Counted from the first letter of the stretch, positions 1-11,643 are shown. The stretch is 64,000 nt of DNA from an uncultured Lachnospiraceae bacterium (GCA_964582375.1 CAZORL010000003.1:15289-79288); one strand, 5' to 3'. Numbers and translations: made by a program. The notes: generated by a model not told the origin, from the letters alone.

Positions 1-165
1 GGTGTGTCTCTTGCTTCCTCGTTTGCATCTGATATTTGCCGCGATTACGGAGAGGGAGCGGTAACGTCTGCCGTAAATTTCATCGCAAAATGCGAGCTTG
101 TCCTTATTGCTTATCCGCTTTGGAAAAGTATCGTCGCTCTTGCACTTTCGATGCTTGAAAAATAA
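1..165 (+). CDS. spoIIIAD: Stage III sporulation protein AD, C-terminal part (5' end outside window)
   Basis: Frame 1 is open from the window edge to TAA at 163-165. The hydrophobic translation (...SDICRDYGEGAVTSAVNFIAKCELVLIAYPLWKSIVALALSMLEK) sits directly upstream of the AE-AH series. Confidence 0.6.
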   Translation, partial: GVSLASSFASDICRDYGEGAVTSAVNFIAKCELVLIAYPLWKSIVALALSMLEK

Positions 166-172
166 TGCGAAT

Positions 173-1279
173 ATGATAAAGAATATACGGACAAAGTGTC
201 TTTTTGTTATGCTGATCCTGATCGCGATTCACGGATCGTTTTCGCATACCGTATTTGCTGACAGCGGCGATTTGTCCGATTTTTGGGAGATAGTTCCAAA
301 CGAGACGGAAGAATATCTGCCGAGTGATATAAAGGATGCCGATGCGTCGGACATACCTTCGCTTTTGAATGGTGAATTTTTAACAAGTCTTCTTTCAAAG
401 CTTTTCGGCAGATCAATAAAGGATCTGTTGTCAGATCTTTGGGAGCTTATCGCAATTATCGCACTTTCTTCGGTTGCAGGCTGTCTCGGGAGATCATCGG
501 CACACATTGAATGGGTTGCAGCACTGTGTACATCCGTAAAGGTGTATTCGCTTGTTTACGGTCAGTTCAAGGTGACCGTCGAGTTAATAAACGCAATTTG
601 TGCTTTTATCACATCCTTTGGCGCGATAATGTCCGCACTTTATCTTTCGGGCGGTAACAGTCTTGCGTCGGCGGCACATATCGGCTGGATATCGTCGATA
701 AGTCTTGTCGGCGGCGGGATCGTATCAAATATCATCGTTCCGACATTTGAGATATCAATGTCACTGCTTCTCGTATCGAGTGCATGCAGATCGCTCAACA
801 TTCAGCCGATAGCATCATTTATGCAAAAATTTACCACCGGACTTCTTGTTTTCGTAATGACTGCCATATCGATCTTCATGTCGTTTCAAACATCGATTTC
901 GGCGGCATCCGACAGTATGTCGGTGCGAACGGTCAAATTTGCGGCGGCACAGGCAATCCCGGTGATCGGAGGCATGCTCGGAGACAGCATAAAGGTACTC
1001 TCGTCGTCAGTAACACTTATCAGGAGCGTCACGGGAACGCTTGCCGCCGTCGTCGTTATAGTTATGTCGCTTTCTCCCCTACTTTTACTTCTTACATCGA
1101 GAGCTATTCTGTCCTTCTCGTCCGCGATCGCTGCCATGCTTGGTTCTTCAGCGGTTTCTTCTGTTTTATCAAACGGTGCAAAGCTGATAGGTCATATGAT
1201 GGCAGTCCTTGTCGTTTTTGATATAGCCTATATTTATTGTCTGTCATTCTTTGTAAAGAGCGTGTGTGCGATAAGCTGA
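173..1279 (+). CDS. spoIIIAE: Stage III sporulation protein AE (polytopic membrane protein)
   Basis: ORF track gives 98..1279 with a TTG start. The in-frame ATG at 173 gives a signal-like N-terminus (MIKNIRTKCLFVMLILIAIHGSFSHTVFA) followed by many TM segments. Size and position match spoIIIAE. Confidence 0.8.
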   Translation: MIKNIRTKCLFVMLILIAIHGSFSHTVFADSGDLSDFWEIVPNETEEYLPSDIKDADASDIPSLLNGEFLTSLLSKLFGRSIKDLLSDLWELIAIIALSSVAGCLGRSSAHIEWVAALCTSVKVYSLVYGQFKVTVELINAICAFITSFGAIMSALYLSGGNSLASAAHIGWISSISLVGGGIVSNIIVPTFEISMSLLLVSSACRSLNIQPIASFMQKFTTGLLVFVMTAISIFMSFQTSISAASDSMSVRTVKFAAAQAIPVIGGMLGDSIKVLSSSVTLIRSVTGTLAAVVVIVMSLSPLLLLLTSRAILSFSSAIAAMLGSSAVSSVLSNGAKLIGHMMAVLVVFDIAYIYCLSFFVKSVCAIS

Positions 1280-1294
1280 CTTTTTGGGTGAAAT

Positions 1295-1774
1295 ATGGAA
1301 AACATTAAAAATTCATTTGCACTGATTATTGCCCTTTCGGCAGTATCGTCGATTCTTTTATTTCTTGTGCCCGAAAAATATTCAAAAGAAGTCGGATTTG
1401 TAATATCAGCGATTATAACGCTCGCCTTGTTGACACCGACCGTTTCGTTTTTCGGCGAGATAAGCGGGGAACTTACCGATCTGCTTAATTCCAATACGAC
1501 AGCGAGTGTCAGTACGGTTTCGAGTGCGGGACTTATTGCCGAAAGCTTTGAGGGAGTCATTGAAGAAAGGATTGCCGAAGATATTTCATATTCGTACTCG
1601 ATAGATCGGGATAAAATAAATGTCGTTGCCGAGGCAAAGGCGGATGACGACGAAACCATCAGTATAAAGCGGCTTTCGATATCGGTGGAAGGGTCGATCG
1701 ATAAAACAGCCTGCAAAAAATATATAAGCACAAAATACGGCATTGACGTTGCGGAGATAAATACAATTGACTGA
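1295..1774 (+). CDS. spoIIIAF: Stage III sporulation protein AF
   Basis: 159 aa with two N-terminal TM helices and a soluble C-domain. Lies between AE and AG and overlaps the AG start. Confidence 0.65.
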   Translation: MENIKNSFALIIALSAVSSILLFLVPEKYSKEVGFVISAIITLALLTPTVSFFGEISGELTDLLNSNTTASVSTVSSAGLIAESFEGVIEERIAEDISYSYSIDRDKINVVAEAKADDDETISIKRLSISVEGSIDKTACKKYISTKYGIDVAEINTID

Positions 1775-2258
1775 TTTTATAAAAAAAGTGCTTCGGTTGA
1801 AAGGACTTTCCTATATCATTCTCGCCCTTGCGGCGGGAGTGTTTTTGATCGTTATCTCGGGGAATATCGGAAATGATACAAATATTTCCGAAAATGCCGA
1901 TCGCGAAGAACAAAAAGACGGTAGTTTTTCATTTGAGGCATACGAAAAAAGACTTGAAGAACGACTTGCGGAAATGATCGATCTGATCGACGGAGCATCA
2001 AATTCGTCCGTTATGGTCGTAATTGATAACTCATACAAATACGATGTTGCCGAAAAAAACGGCAGTTATACGGTAATACGCGACGAGGGGGGCGGACAGA
2101 GCGGTCTTGTTTTGTCTGAATATGCCCCGAGCATAAGGGGCGTTGCGGTAGTCTGTGACGGCGGAGATGATCCGACCGTTCAGAAAAAGATAATATCTCT
2201 GCTGTCATCCGTGCTCTCTCTGTCGAGCGGCAAAATATTTGTTTGCTCGGGAGGGTGA
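1767..2258 (+). CDS. spoIIIAG: Stage III sporulation protein AG
   Basis: N-terminal TM helix. C-terminal motif IRGVAVVCDGGDDPTVQKKIISLLSSVLSLSSGKIFV is typical of the SpoIIIAG ring-forming domain. Start is TTG 1767 or GTG 1788. Confidence 0.8.
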   Translation: MTDFIKKVLRLKGLSYIILALAAGVFLIVISGNIGNDTNISENADREEQKDGSFSFEAYEKRLEERLAEMIDLIDGASNSSVMVVIDNSYKYDVAEKNGSYTVIRDEGGGQSGLVLSEYAPSIRGVAVVCDGGDDPTVQKKIISLLSSVLSLSSGKIFVCSGG

Positions 2259-2325
2259 TGTCGGTGTATATTTTGTCCTGTCGCCGCATAGATATGGAAC
2301 ATAATCCGATCGGAGGTAGCATCAC

Positions 2326-2946
2326 ATGAAAATAATCAAAACTGAAAGTGGGTCAAAGCTTCCGGAGGTATATAAAAAAGGATTTGAAAAAATAGCAACA
2401 AGCTTTAAGAGCAATCTCGGCAGAAATCTCGTGATAATGGGTTCGGTACTTCTTATCGGAGCGGCAGTTTGGCTCAATTTTGCCCTCTTTTCCGATAGCG
2501 ACAAAAAAGGAGATTACGACCCGAAAGACTACGCACAGTCAGGAGGAAAAACCGACGACAAAGATGCATCTTCCGATGATATATCGGAAAACGAAAGCTA
2601 TTTTGCAATGGCACAGATAGACAGGACTCGCGCAAGAGACGAGGCACTTGAGGTCCTCTATCAGATCACTGCATCGACCGATGCGACCGAAGAGGCGAAA
2701 AAGACTGCATACGAGCGTATCGAGCTTTTGTCGGCGAGAATCGAGCAAGAGGCAAACATCGAGACGCTTGTAAAGTCGAAAGGATTTGCTGAGTGTGTTG
2801 CGGTCATTGATGACGAGAAGGTGAATGTTATCGTTTCGTCCGATGGTCTTATTGACAGCGAGCTCTCTCAGATACTTTCGATCGTCTATGAGCAGTCGGG
2901 AATTTTGCCCGAAAACATTCACGTCATAGAGAAGAAATCACAATAA
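2326..2946 (+). CDS. spoIIIAH: Stage III sporulation protein AH
   Basis: 206 aa with an N-terminal TM helix. Contains SYFAMAQIDRTRARDEALEVL... and a YscJ-like C-domain. Last gene of the operon. Confidence 0.75.
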   Translation: MKIIKTESGSKLPEVYKKGFEKIATSFKSNLGRNLVIMGSVLLIGAAVWLNFALFSDSDKKGDYDPKDYAQSGGKTDDKDASSDDISENESYFAMAQIDRTRARDEALEVLYQITASTDATEEAKKTAYERIELLSARIEQEANIETLVKSKGFAECVAVIDDEKVNVIVSSDGLIDSELSQILSIVYEQSGILPENIHVIEKKSQ

Positions 2947-2952
2947 TTTACG

Positions 2953-2990
2953 GCGGCAGATCGTTACCACTATCGATCTGCCGCTATTTT
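2953..2990 (+). terminator. Intrinsic terminator after spoIIIAH
   Basis: 11-bp stem GCGGCAGATCG (2953-2963) pairs with CGATCTGCCGC (2974-2984), followed by TATTTT. Confidence 0.75.
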
Positions 2991-3013
2991 ATAAGATTTT
3001 TTTGTTTTTTCAC

Positions 3014-3042
3014 TTGACAAAATCTTAAAACTGTATTATAAT
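3014..3042 (+). promoter_or_regulatory. SigA-type promoter of guaB
   Basis: TTGACA at 3014-3019, 17-nt spacer, TATAAT at 3037-3042. Confidence 0.6.
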
Positions 3043-3099
3043 AACATAAACTGTATTTTATCTGATCAAATGTACAGCCATGAAACCAAAAAGCGATGA

Positions 3100-4587
<1,488 letters not shown>

Positions 4588-4634
4588 TAAGTCGGCAAAC
4601 CCTCAACGGGTAAAGCAAAACATCATAGTTTGTT

Positions 4635-4675
4635 GGGGGATCGATCCGTGCAAAGTGCGGGTCGCTCCCCCTTTT
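4635..4675 (+). terminator. Intrinsic terminator after guaB
   Basis: GGGGGATCGATCCGTGC pairs with GTGCGGGTCGCTCCCCC (one mismatch), followed by TTTT. Confidence 0.75.
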
Positions 4676-4713
4676 GTGCTTTTGTTTATTCAAAAAAGTA
4701 GGAAGGTGATGAA

Positions 4714-7068
4714 ATGCCCTTTTCACTGCGTATAAAGAGAAATATAAGCATGGCGAAGAATACGCTGAAAAAAGAGTATAAGCGATATGTCGCGATAATT
4801 GCGGCGATATTTTTGCTCCAGAGCGTTATCGGAACTCTGCTTTTTGTCAGATATAATTACTCGCACTCTCAAGAGAAGTATCTCAGAGAAAAATATGTGA
4901 ACTCAAACGGGCTTGTCTATCATCTTCGCTTACTTTCACTGACCCCGGAACAGTATGCGCATGTCACTCAATTTGAGGTTATGCAGACTGAAGAGGACAA
5001 ATTTTTCTCGATCGTCGGCGGAACGATATCAGAGGGTTCTTTGACAACAGGGACAAAATTCAAAATCTACGATGTCGAAATTGCATTTGACAGCGATAGA
5101 ATGAGCGTCTCTGATGCATATGATCTTTTTGCGGCATCATACTACCCCTCGCTCGAAAAAGACGGTGATTTCGATGAATACAGAACGCCGCTTCTCGATT
5201 ATCATATTGATAAAGCTTTTTACGGAGTTTTGACATTTGTTATGACTCTTGCCGCTCTATTTGTCGGAATTTTTGTAATAAGAGTGCTCTATGCCGTGCT
5301 CTCTCCGTCTTACAGCTTTGATTACGGTATATATATGTCGTTCGGCGCGGGGCTGAAAAAGCTGTTTTCGCTTTCGGCGACCGAGGCGACAATTATAAAC
5401 TTGATGTTAATACTTCCATCGTCTCTTTTGACGCTTGCACTGTCGTCGATAATGATAATAAGCTCGGGGCTTGATTTCAGGTTTTGTGCTTATGCACTGC
5501 CTCTTGCCCTTGTTTTGTCGCTTGCCGCGACGCTGTCTGCTGTTTTTATCAACTTTCGATCGATATCGCAAAAAAGCCCGGTCAAACTTTTATCATCCGA
5601 GGACAACTCGGAGTTGATCGCCTCCCCAAAAACGAGCGCAGATATTCTATCCTGCGATTTTCCGCGCGGTATTGAAAAACTCTCTCTTAAGAGATTTCGC
5701 AGATATATAATCAAACTAAACGCTTTCTCGCTTGCTTTTTCGCTCCTGTTCGTTTTTGCGTCATGTCTTGCGGCTGATTTTGAAATGGCTGAGAGTATGC
5801 CGATCTTTCAATATGAGCTTTCGTTTGAACCGACCGTCAGCAGAGTAAAGGTTGATGAAAACGGCAACCCCGTTTCGGAAGACGCCGAGGGGGATTATGA
5901 AGTAATAGAAATTATAAGCTACACCGACACATATGATGCCGAAATGTCAAACTTCGTCGCATCAATAAACGGTATTGATGCTGTTTATAAAGAATCGATG
6001 GTCAGTGCGTATGAATGCAACTCACATATACTTATCGAGTCAAAGTCGGTTGATGCAGATTCGGGCTCGATATCGGTCTCGGGCGATAAGGGATTTCTTG
6101 ATCTGAATTATTACGCTCTTGATGACGAGGTCGCAAAGTGGATCGAGTTTTGCGGGTACAGTGTAAGCGGAAGCCTTTATGATGTAATCGAAAACTCGTC
6201 GATGATAGCCATTTCCGATTCGCTGAATAACCATCGCAAAATAAAGCTAAAGGTTGGGGACACGGTCAAAATTGCGGTCGATTCGCGACTTTCGGGCGAG
6301 GTGCCCGATCTGCCGTTTGTCGTCGATATGAACGATTTTCTTGCCGATATGCTCGATAATTACGATTATCGCTATAAAACCTACACTGTCGGTGCGGTGA
6401 TATCAAATATGCCTTCCGACTCGGCTCTGTCAATCTATCTTCCCGAGAGCGCGTATTTGCAGATAACCGACAGAAAGGTCGCTTACGATCACGCAAAGAT
6501 CGTTGTTTGTAACGATATTTCCAAGGACGATCTTGAGCTTGTCGGCATCAATCTGAGATATGCGGCAGATTTTTGCGACAATTTGAAGGTGATCGATCTC
6601 GACGGCGTGACGGTCAAGGCAACCAAGGAAAACAAGAACACTCCGGAACTCCTTCGTTTTATTGCAATATCATCGCTTTTGGTCGTCCCGATAGTTATGA
6701 GCGTGTCTCTTATTATATTCTATAAAAAACGTGATTCGGAATTTGAATCATACTACGCTCTCGGTGCGCAAAAGAGCGATATCGAAAAACTTTTTAATGT
6801 GGATGCATTGTATCTTTCTGTTGTATCGGCGGTTTCATTCATCGTATCAGCGTCTTTGACCTCGTTTTTTATATGGATCTTTGCAAACACCCCGATCGGT
6901 ATGAGTGTCCTTGCGATCGGCGAGGCGGTCTGTCGTTTTCCCTATCGCGTTCCCGTTTTGCCGCTTGTTGTCGGGGCACTTGTTACATCTGTCGGAGCAC
7001 TGCTTGGCATCGGCATATCAATGCGATCGGTGCTAAAAAGGTATGGAAAAGAAAGGGGTATAAGGTAA
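4714..7068 (+). CDS. ABC transporter permease, FtsX/MacB-like, with a large extracytoplasmic domain
   Basis: 784 aa. TM clusters at about residues 25-45, 170-350 and 650-784 surround a soluble domain of about 300 aa. Its stop overlaps the ATPase start (TAATG). Confidence 0.8.
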   Translation: MPFSLRIKRNISMAKNTLKKEYKRYVAIIAAIFLLQSVIGTLLFVRYNYSHSQEKYLREKYVNSNGLVYHLRLLSLTPEQYAHVTQFEVMQTEEDKFFSIVGGTISEGSLTTGTKFKIYDVEIAFDSDRMSVSDAYDLFAASYYPSLEKDGDFDEYRTPLLDYHIDKAFYGVLTFVMTLAALFVGIFVIRVLYAVLSPSYSFDYGIYMSFGAGLKKLFSLSATEATIINLMLILPSSLLTLALSSIMIISSGLDFRFCAYALPLALVLSLAATLSAVFINFRSISQKSPVKLLSSEDNSELIASPKTSADILSCDFPRGIEKLSLKRFRRYIIKLNAFSLAFSLLFVFASCLAADFEMAESMPIFQYELSFEPTVSRVKVDENGNPVSEDAEGDYEVIEIISYTDTYDAEMSNFVASINGIDAVYKESMVSAYECNSHILIESKSVDADSGSISVSGDKGFLDLNYYALDDEVAKWIEFCGYSVSGSLYDVIENSSMIAISDSLNNHRKIKLKVGDTVKIAVDSRLSGEVPDLPFVVDMNDFLADMLDNYDYRYKTYTVGAVISNMPSDSALSIYLPESAYLQITDRKVAYDHAKIVVCNDISKDDLELVGINLRYAADFCDNLKVIDLDGVTVKATKENKNTPELLRFIAISSLLVVPIVMSVSLIIFYKKRDSEFESYYALGAQKSDIEKLFNVDALYLSVVSAVSFIVSASLTSFFIWIFANTPIGMSVLAIGEAVCRFPYRVPVLPLVVGALVTSVGALLGIGISMRSVLKRYGKERGIR

Positions 7069-7814
7069 TGGGTATCATTCTTGAAGCACGAGACTTGATA
7101 AAGCAGTATTCGCAGTACGATCAGACTGTGACCGCTGTCGATCATGTTTCGCTAAAGGTCGATAAAGGTGAATTTCTTGCGATAATGGGTGCGTCAGGTT
7201 CGGGCAAATCAACACTGCTTGGTCTTCTCTCGGGTCTCGACAGACCAAATTTCGGAACTGTAACCATTCAAGAGACAGAGATCACATCGCTTTCGGCAAA
7301 TGAACTTGCGAAGTTTCGCGGTGATTTTACGGGTATGGTCTTTCAAAAGCACAATCTTATACCGCAGTTTACCGCTCTTGAAAACATTCTTGTTCCCACC
7401 GTCATGTGCGACAGACATGATGACAGCTTTCGCGAGCATATGAAAAAGATAATACGCCTTCTCGGCATCGGCGACAGACTCGGGCATCTGCCGTCTGAAC
7501 TGTCGGGCGGACAGGCACAGCGAGTTGCCATCGCACGTGCGATCATCAACAGACCGCAGGTGCTGTTTGCGGATGAGCCGACAGGAAATCTTGATAGAAA
7601 AAATGCGGATGAGGTGCTGGGTCTTCTGCTCGAACTAAAAGCCGAGATCGGACAAACGCTCATTATGGTTACCCACGATATGGCAATTGCCGAACGAGCC
7701 GACAAAATATATATGATGGATAACGGTAAGCTGTATCTTTATAAAGATAAGCAAGGTACATACGAAAACAGGCTTGCCGCTGAAATATATCGTGATAATC
7801 CTTTTGCCCGTTGA
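7068..7814 (+). CDS. ABC transporter ATP-binding protein (MacB/LolD-type)
   Basis: Walker [10 protein letters not shown], signature LSGGQAQRVAIARA, Walker B LFADEPTGNLD. The true start is ATG 7068 inside track ORF 6873..7814. Confidence 0.9.
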   Translation: MGIILEARDLIKQYSQYDQTVTAVDHVSLKVDKGEFLAIMGASGSGKSTLLGLLSGLDRPNFGTVTIQETEITSLSANELAKFRGDFTGMVFQKHNLIPQFTALENILVPTVMCDRHDDSFREHMKKIIRLLGIGDRLGHLPSELSGGQAQRVAIARAIINRPQVLFADEPTGNLDRKNADEVLGLLLELKAEIGQTLIMVTHDMAIAERADKIYMMDNGKLYLYKDKQGTYENRLAAEIYRDNPFAR

Positions 7815-7857
7815 AGAGTTGTTTTTAAGAATTTATTGAAAATTCACAATAGGGCTC

Positions 7858-7886
7858 TTGACAATCAAATGAATGTCTGCTATAAT
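7858..7886 (+). promoter_or_regulatory. SigA-type promoter
   Basis: TTGACA at 7858-7863, 17-nt spacer, TATAAT at 7881-7886, 15 nt upstream of ATG 7901. Confidence 0.55.
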
Positions 7887-7900
7887 AAACTCACAGCCTT

Positions 7901-8506
7901 ATGAATAACAGAGAAAGGATTATAGAAAAAATGAAATTTTTGATCACACCCGGACTTATTCCGGGAACGGTGAGAAACAAGACCGCTATGGGAAATGTGA
8001 CGGGAATGGAGTTTCTTGATAAGATATTCTATATTTCCGACGGTATCATGCTTGCGCAGATCAGAGATGTTTCGGGAGTTGACGGCTCCACTCTTCAAAA
8101 CTGGGTCAAGAGAGGTTGGATCGGGACTACCACAAATAAAAAGTATTCAAAGGATCAGCTCGCGCGCATACTCATCATCAATATGCTGAGAAGTTGTATG
8201 TTGCTCGAAAATATTGACAAGCTCCTTCATTATATCAACGGCGAGATAGATGACAAGTCGGACGATATAATTCCCGAGTCTGTTCTGTTTGATTACATAT
8301 GCAAGGTATATGACATATTCAGCGACGAGGGATTCGAGACCGATGCCGAGCTTAAGGATGTTATCGCAAACGTTATTTCCGGATATGTTGAACCGGTGAG
8401 CGGTGCAAAAGAGCGTCTCTCGGGCGCACTTGAGATCATTCTTATTGCGTATTTTTGTTCCACGGTCGGTAAATATGCAAATTCGCTCTTTTTCCAACTC
8501 AAGTAG
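7901..8506 (+). CDS. DUF1836 family protein (MerR-like HTH fold, function unknown)
   Basis: Motif LQNWVKRGWIGTTTNKKYSKDQLARILIINMLRSCMLLENIDKLL matches my recollection of the DUF1836 core. Confidence 0.6.
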   Translation: MNNRERIIEKMKFLITPGLIPGTVRNKTAMGNVTGMEFLDKIFYISDGIMLAQIRDVSGVDGSTLQNWVKRGWIGTTTNKKYSKDQLARILIINMLRSCMLLENIDKLLHYINGEIDDKSDDIIPESVLFDYICKVYDIFSDEGFETDAELKDVIANVISGYVEPVSGAKERLSGALEIILIAYFCSTVGKYANSLFFQLK

Positions 8507-8524
8507 GATCAAAACTAAAAAAAG

Positions 8525-8561
8525 ATCAGCTGACATCTTTTCGATCGTCAGCTGATTTTTT
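8525..8561. terminator. Bidirectional terminator between convergent genes
   Basis: ATCAGCTGAC (8525-8534) pairs with GTCAGCTGAT (8547-8556). An A-run lies upstream and a T-run downstream. Confidence 0.75.
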
Positions 8562-8562
8562 G

Positions 8563-9063
8563 TCATTCGAGCGATGTCATGCTTGTGGCACGCTCGGATA
8601 TTTTTTTGGAGAAATTTACTACATAGTGCGTATACTCGCTGTTCATGTAGGGAGATGTTATCATGAAGTCCGCCGTTGCACGGTTGTTGGCTATCGGTAT
8701 GTCATAAACCTGTGCTATGCGAAGGAGGGCTTTTACATCCGGATCGTGCGGCTGTGCCGTGAGCGGATCGGAAAAGAAGATCATCATGTCGATGCGGCCC
8801 TCGACTATCCTTGCACCGATCTGCTGATCGCCTCCGAGAGGACCGCTGTTGAAGCCTCTTACCGGAAGTCCCGTCGATTCCGAAATGACCTTCGCGGTCG
8901 TACCTGTACCGACAAGAAAATGCCTTTCAAGGATGCTCTTGTTCTTTTTGCACCATTCTACGAGTTCAGCTTTCTTGAAATCGTGGGCGATAAGCGCAAT
9001 GTTTTTCTGCTTTTCGATCACCCTCGGGATGTATTCCTCGTTGCTTGTTATTTCGTTTGCCAT
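8563..9063 (-). CDS. mgsA: Methylglyoxal synthase
   Basis: NIALIAHDFKKAELVEW...LVGTGTTA...GPLGGDQQIGARIVEGRIDMMIFFSDPLTAQPHDPDVKALLRIAQVYDIPIANNRATADF. Start taken at M26 of track ORF 8563..9138, 5 nt after the upstream gene's stop. Confidence 0.9.
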   Translation of the reverse strand: MANEITSNEEYIPRVIEKQKNIALIAHDFKKAELVEWCKKNKSILERHFLVGTGTTAKVISESTGLPVRGFNSGPLGGDQQIGARIVEGRIDMMIFFSDPLTAQPHDPDVKALLRIAQVYDIPIANNRATADFMITSPYMNSEYTHYVVNFSKKISERATSMTSLE

Positions 9064-9068
9064 TTTTG

Positions 9069-10700
9069 TTATGTCCTTTCGTTTTCGATCTTTTCTGCAA
9101 GATAATAAGTTACGCTCGATCCGAAAAAGTCTACCCAATCGCAGGATGCTACCGTTTTGTAGTTGGGGCTTGCCAATTCATAATAGTATGTTACGACATA
9201 ATCGACCTTTCCGTCATTGATCCACTCGTTTTGCATCTTGTCCATCTCGGGGAGCTTTTGCATGTTTAGCTTGCAAAAGAACTTGCAGTTTGGCAGAATG
9301 TTTGCGGCGGTGTAAAAACCTCCGTCAAGCCATCCGTAATTTAAGAGTGTCGCCCCCTCTTTTTGATTTATGATCCTTGCAAATTTATACTGCGGCATGT
9401 CCTCCTTTGACATCTTGGTCATATAAACATTCGGGCTTGCCTCGTATGAATACAGACCGCAAAAGCCGCAAAAGAGGGTGGTGAGCAGCAACGACAGCAC
9501 AAGCATTGCTCTCTTTCCGAATACCACGTTCTCATCAACAAATCTGCAGATCTTGCCAATTAAAAATTCAAACAGCCGCATGATTGAGATAAGTCCGATC
9601 GGTGCGAATATTGCGAATATAAAAAAGTAATAAAAAATCGCACTGCTTCTGAAAAATACGGTGAATGCCAGCACACCGGTGCATAAAAGGATGTGAAGCT
9701 TTTCGGAAAATCTTGAAAATGAAGTCAGAATGCACCAAACAATGCCGATAATTATCGGTATACCGAATCCCATGTTGAACATTGAGTTATAGTAAAAACT
9801 TCCGAAGACCGCATTGACCGATGTTATAAACGACGATTCAATCCCCGTGTAAAGAAATATGTTGTTGAAAAAGTAAACGGTGAACCAATCGGTAAGCGCT
9901 CCGTTTACGGCAAAATAAATGAAAAAGGGAAGGGTGATTGCCGCTACTCCGCAAAGAACGCCAAATGCGAAGGTAAAAAACGACTTGAATTTTTTGTTTT
10001 TCAGCATCAGAAAAGCAGGAACGACCACTCCGCCGATATATATTCCGAGCATGGTGTATTTGATCCAAAGCACCGCTCCCGATGTTATGCCGATCATTAT
10101 CGTTTGCCAAAGCGACAGGGGCTTTTTGTTCCTGATCGCCCGAAGCGATATCCACAGCCCAAACGATAGCAGCGGCATACAAAGCTCCTCGGCACTGTCT
10201 CCGTTCACAAAACTCATTGAAGTATATACGGCAGTCGCAAGAAGCGGCAATGTACATAAGCTCAGTTTGTCGCAGTAGAGACGCATGATTCTGTATGAGA
10301 AAAACAGAAATGCCGTTGCCGCCGCGATCTCAAGCAGATAAACACCGAAAAAGCTGTCATTTGATATCAGAGCGCAAAGTCCGTGTAAGAAGTAGAGAAG
10401 GATCCCCTTTTGCTCGTATATATCACGATAGACGACTTGACCGTTAAACATCGCTTTTCCAACCGTGAAAAAGCAGTTAGAATCGACCCAACTGTTTATC
10501 GGATACAAAAACGACGATTGGGAACATATCGTGATGGCAATAACCGCACTTATAAGGGAAACCACGAAAGCCACTGTCAGCTCTGATCTGCTGTTTTGGT
10601 TTTCTTTGTCAAAAAGCTCGTCATTTTGTTTGTATGCGTGCAAAAAACAGGCGAGGGTGGTTCTGATCTTAGCTGTCATGTTATTTGTTTTCATCGTCAT
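9069..10700 (-). CDS. GT-C fold membrane glycosyltransferase (ArnT/PMT_2-like)
   Basis: 543 aa with more than 10 TM helices and a C-terminal soluble domain of about 130 aa. N-terminal loop motif FLYPINSWVDSNCFFTVGKAMFNGQVVYRDIYEQKG. Lies downstream of GtrA/GtrB homologs. Confidence 0.7.
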   Translation of the reverse strand: MTMKTNNMTAKIRTTLACFLHAYKQNDELFDKENQNSRSELTVAFVVSLISAVIAITICSQSSFLYPINSWVDSNCFFTVGKAMFNGQVVYRDIYEQKGILLYFLHGLCALISNDSFFGVYLLEIAAATAFLFFSYRIMRLYCDKLSLCTLPLLATAVYTSMSFVNGDSAEELCMPLLSFGLWISLRAIRNKKPLSLWQTIMIGITSGAVLWIKYTMLGIYIGGVVVPAFLMLKNKKFKSFFTFAFGVLCGVAAITLPFFIYFAVNGALTDWFTVYFFNNIFLYTGIESSFITSVNAVFGSFYYNSMFNMGFGIPIIIGIVWCILTSFSRFSEKLHILLCTGVLAFTVFFRSSAIFYYFFIFAIFAPIGLISIMRLFEFLIGKICRFVDENVVFGKRAMLVLSLLLTTLFCGFCGLYSYEASPNVYMTKMSKEDMPQYKFARIINQKEGATLLNYGWLDGGFYTAANILPNCKFFCKLNMQKLPEMDKMQNEWINDGKVDYVVTYYYELASPNYKTVASCDWVDFFGSSVTYYLAEKIENERT

Positions 10701-11637
10701 GTTCTAAATTGTGTTCGATATGATATCTCGGGCGGGATTTGGTTTCAAGATATATCTTGCCGATGTACTCGCCGACAACGCCTATCGATAAAAGAATCAG
10801 CCCGCCGATCGCCCACACGGAAATGATAAGGCTCGGCCATCCGCTGACCGTTTCTCCCATGAAAAAGCGTATCAGGGTGTAGATCAGCATGACGAAACTC
10901 AGCAAAAAAATGCAAACACCGAGTGCGGTTATCATGCGTATCGGCTTTGTGGAGAGTGATGTTATTCCATCGAGCGCAAATGAAATCATCTTTTTCAGAG
11001 GATATTTGCTCTCGCCCGCAAATCGTTTTGCACGTTCATAATAGACGGTATCAGACTTGAATCCGATCATCGGAACTATCCCGCGCAGGAAAAGATTGAC
11101 TTCCTTGTATTCGGCAAGTGCTTTGACGGCACGTTTGCTCATAAGTCGAAAATCGGCATGATTGTACACCGTTTCCGCGCCCATTGCATTCATCATCTTG
11201 TAAAATGCCTCGGCAGTCGTTCTCTTGAATGTACTGTCGGTCTTTCGATCGCTTCTTACTCCGTATACGATGTCGGCACCGCTCATGTACTTCTCGATCA
11301 TTGCGTCGATCACATTTATATCATCCTGAAGATCAGCGTCCATCGAAATTATCGCGTCCGCCTTCTCGGCAGCGGTCATAAGACCGGCTATGAGCGCGTT
11401 CTGATGACCCTTGTTTTTTGACAGCGATATGCCGGTGTAGATCGCATCCGATCTGTGAAGGTCTTCGATCATCTGCCAAGTCTTGTCGGATGAGCCGTCA
11501 TTTACGAACAAAATACGGCTCTCGCCGCTTATTTTGCCGACAGAGCAAAGATGGTAATATTTTTCTTTGAGCCGCCTTGCCGTTTCGGCAAGAACAGCCT
11601 CCTCGTTGTAACAGGGAATTACCGTATAAAGAATCAT
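10681..11637 (-). CDS. Polyprenyl-phosphate glycosyltransferase, GT2 (GtrB/CsbB/ArnC-like)
   Basis: N-terminal YTVIPCYNEE, DGSSD and DADLQDD motifs, plus two C-terminal TM helices. Confidence 0.85.
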   Translation of the reverse strand: MILYTVIPCYNEEAVLAETARRLKEKYYHLCSVGKISGESRILFVNDGSSDKTWQMIEDLHRSDAIYTGISLSKNKGHQNALIAGLMTAAEKADAIISMDADLQDDINVIDAMIEKYMSGADIVYGVRSDRKTDSTFKRTTAEAFYKMMNAMGAETVYNHADFRLMSKRAVKALAEYKEVNLFLRGIVPMIGFKSDTVYYERAKRFAGESKYPLKKMISFALDGITSLSTKPIRMITALGVCIFLLSFVMLIYTLIRFFMGETVSGWPSLIISVWAIGGLILLSIGVVGEYIGKIYLETKSRPRYHIEHNLEHDDENK

Positions 11638-11643
11638 ATTTTT

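Noticed and set aside
6873-7067. N-terminal extension of the ABC ATPase ORF (track start 6873). Similar 5' extensions occur in the track ORFs at 31532, 35945, 22481, 24012, 41476, 61907 and 12301.
   Set aside because: The extensions overlap the upstream gene's coding sequence. Internal ATGs with proper RBS spacing and canonical family N-termini are present (7068, 31631, 36089, 22538, 24087, 41512, 61979, 12328).
8560-9105. A 181-aa plus-strand ORF lies opposite mgsA. Many other antisense or out-of-frame ORFs of 60-210 aa appear in the track (e.g. 28590-29225, 29839-30477, 21736-22341, 38720-39253, 45064-45603).
   Set aside because: All lie inside confidently assigned genes on the other strand or in another frame. 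They lack RBS and promoter context and have atypical composition.
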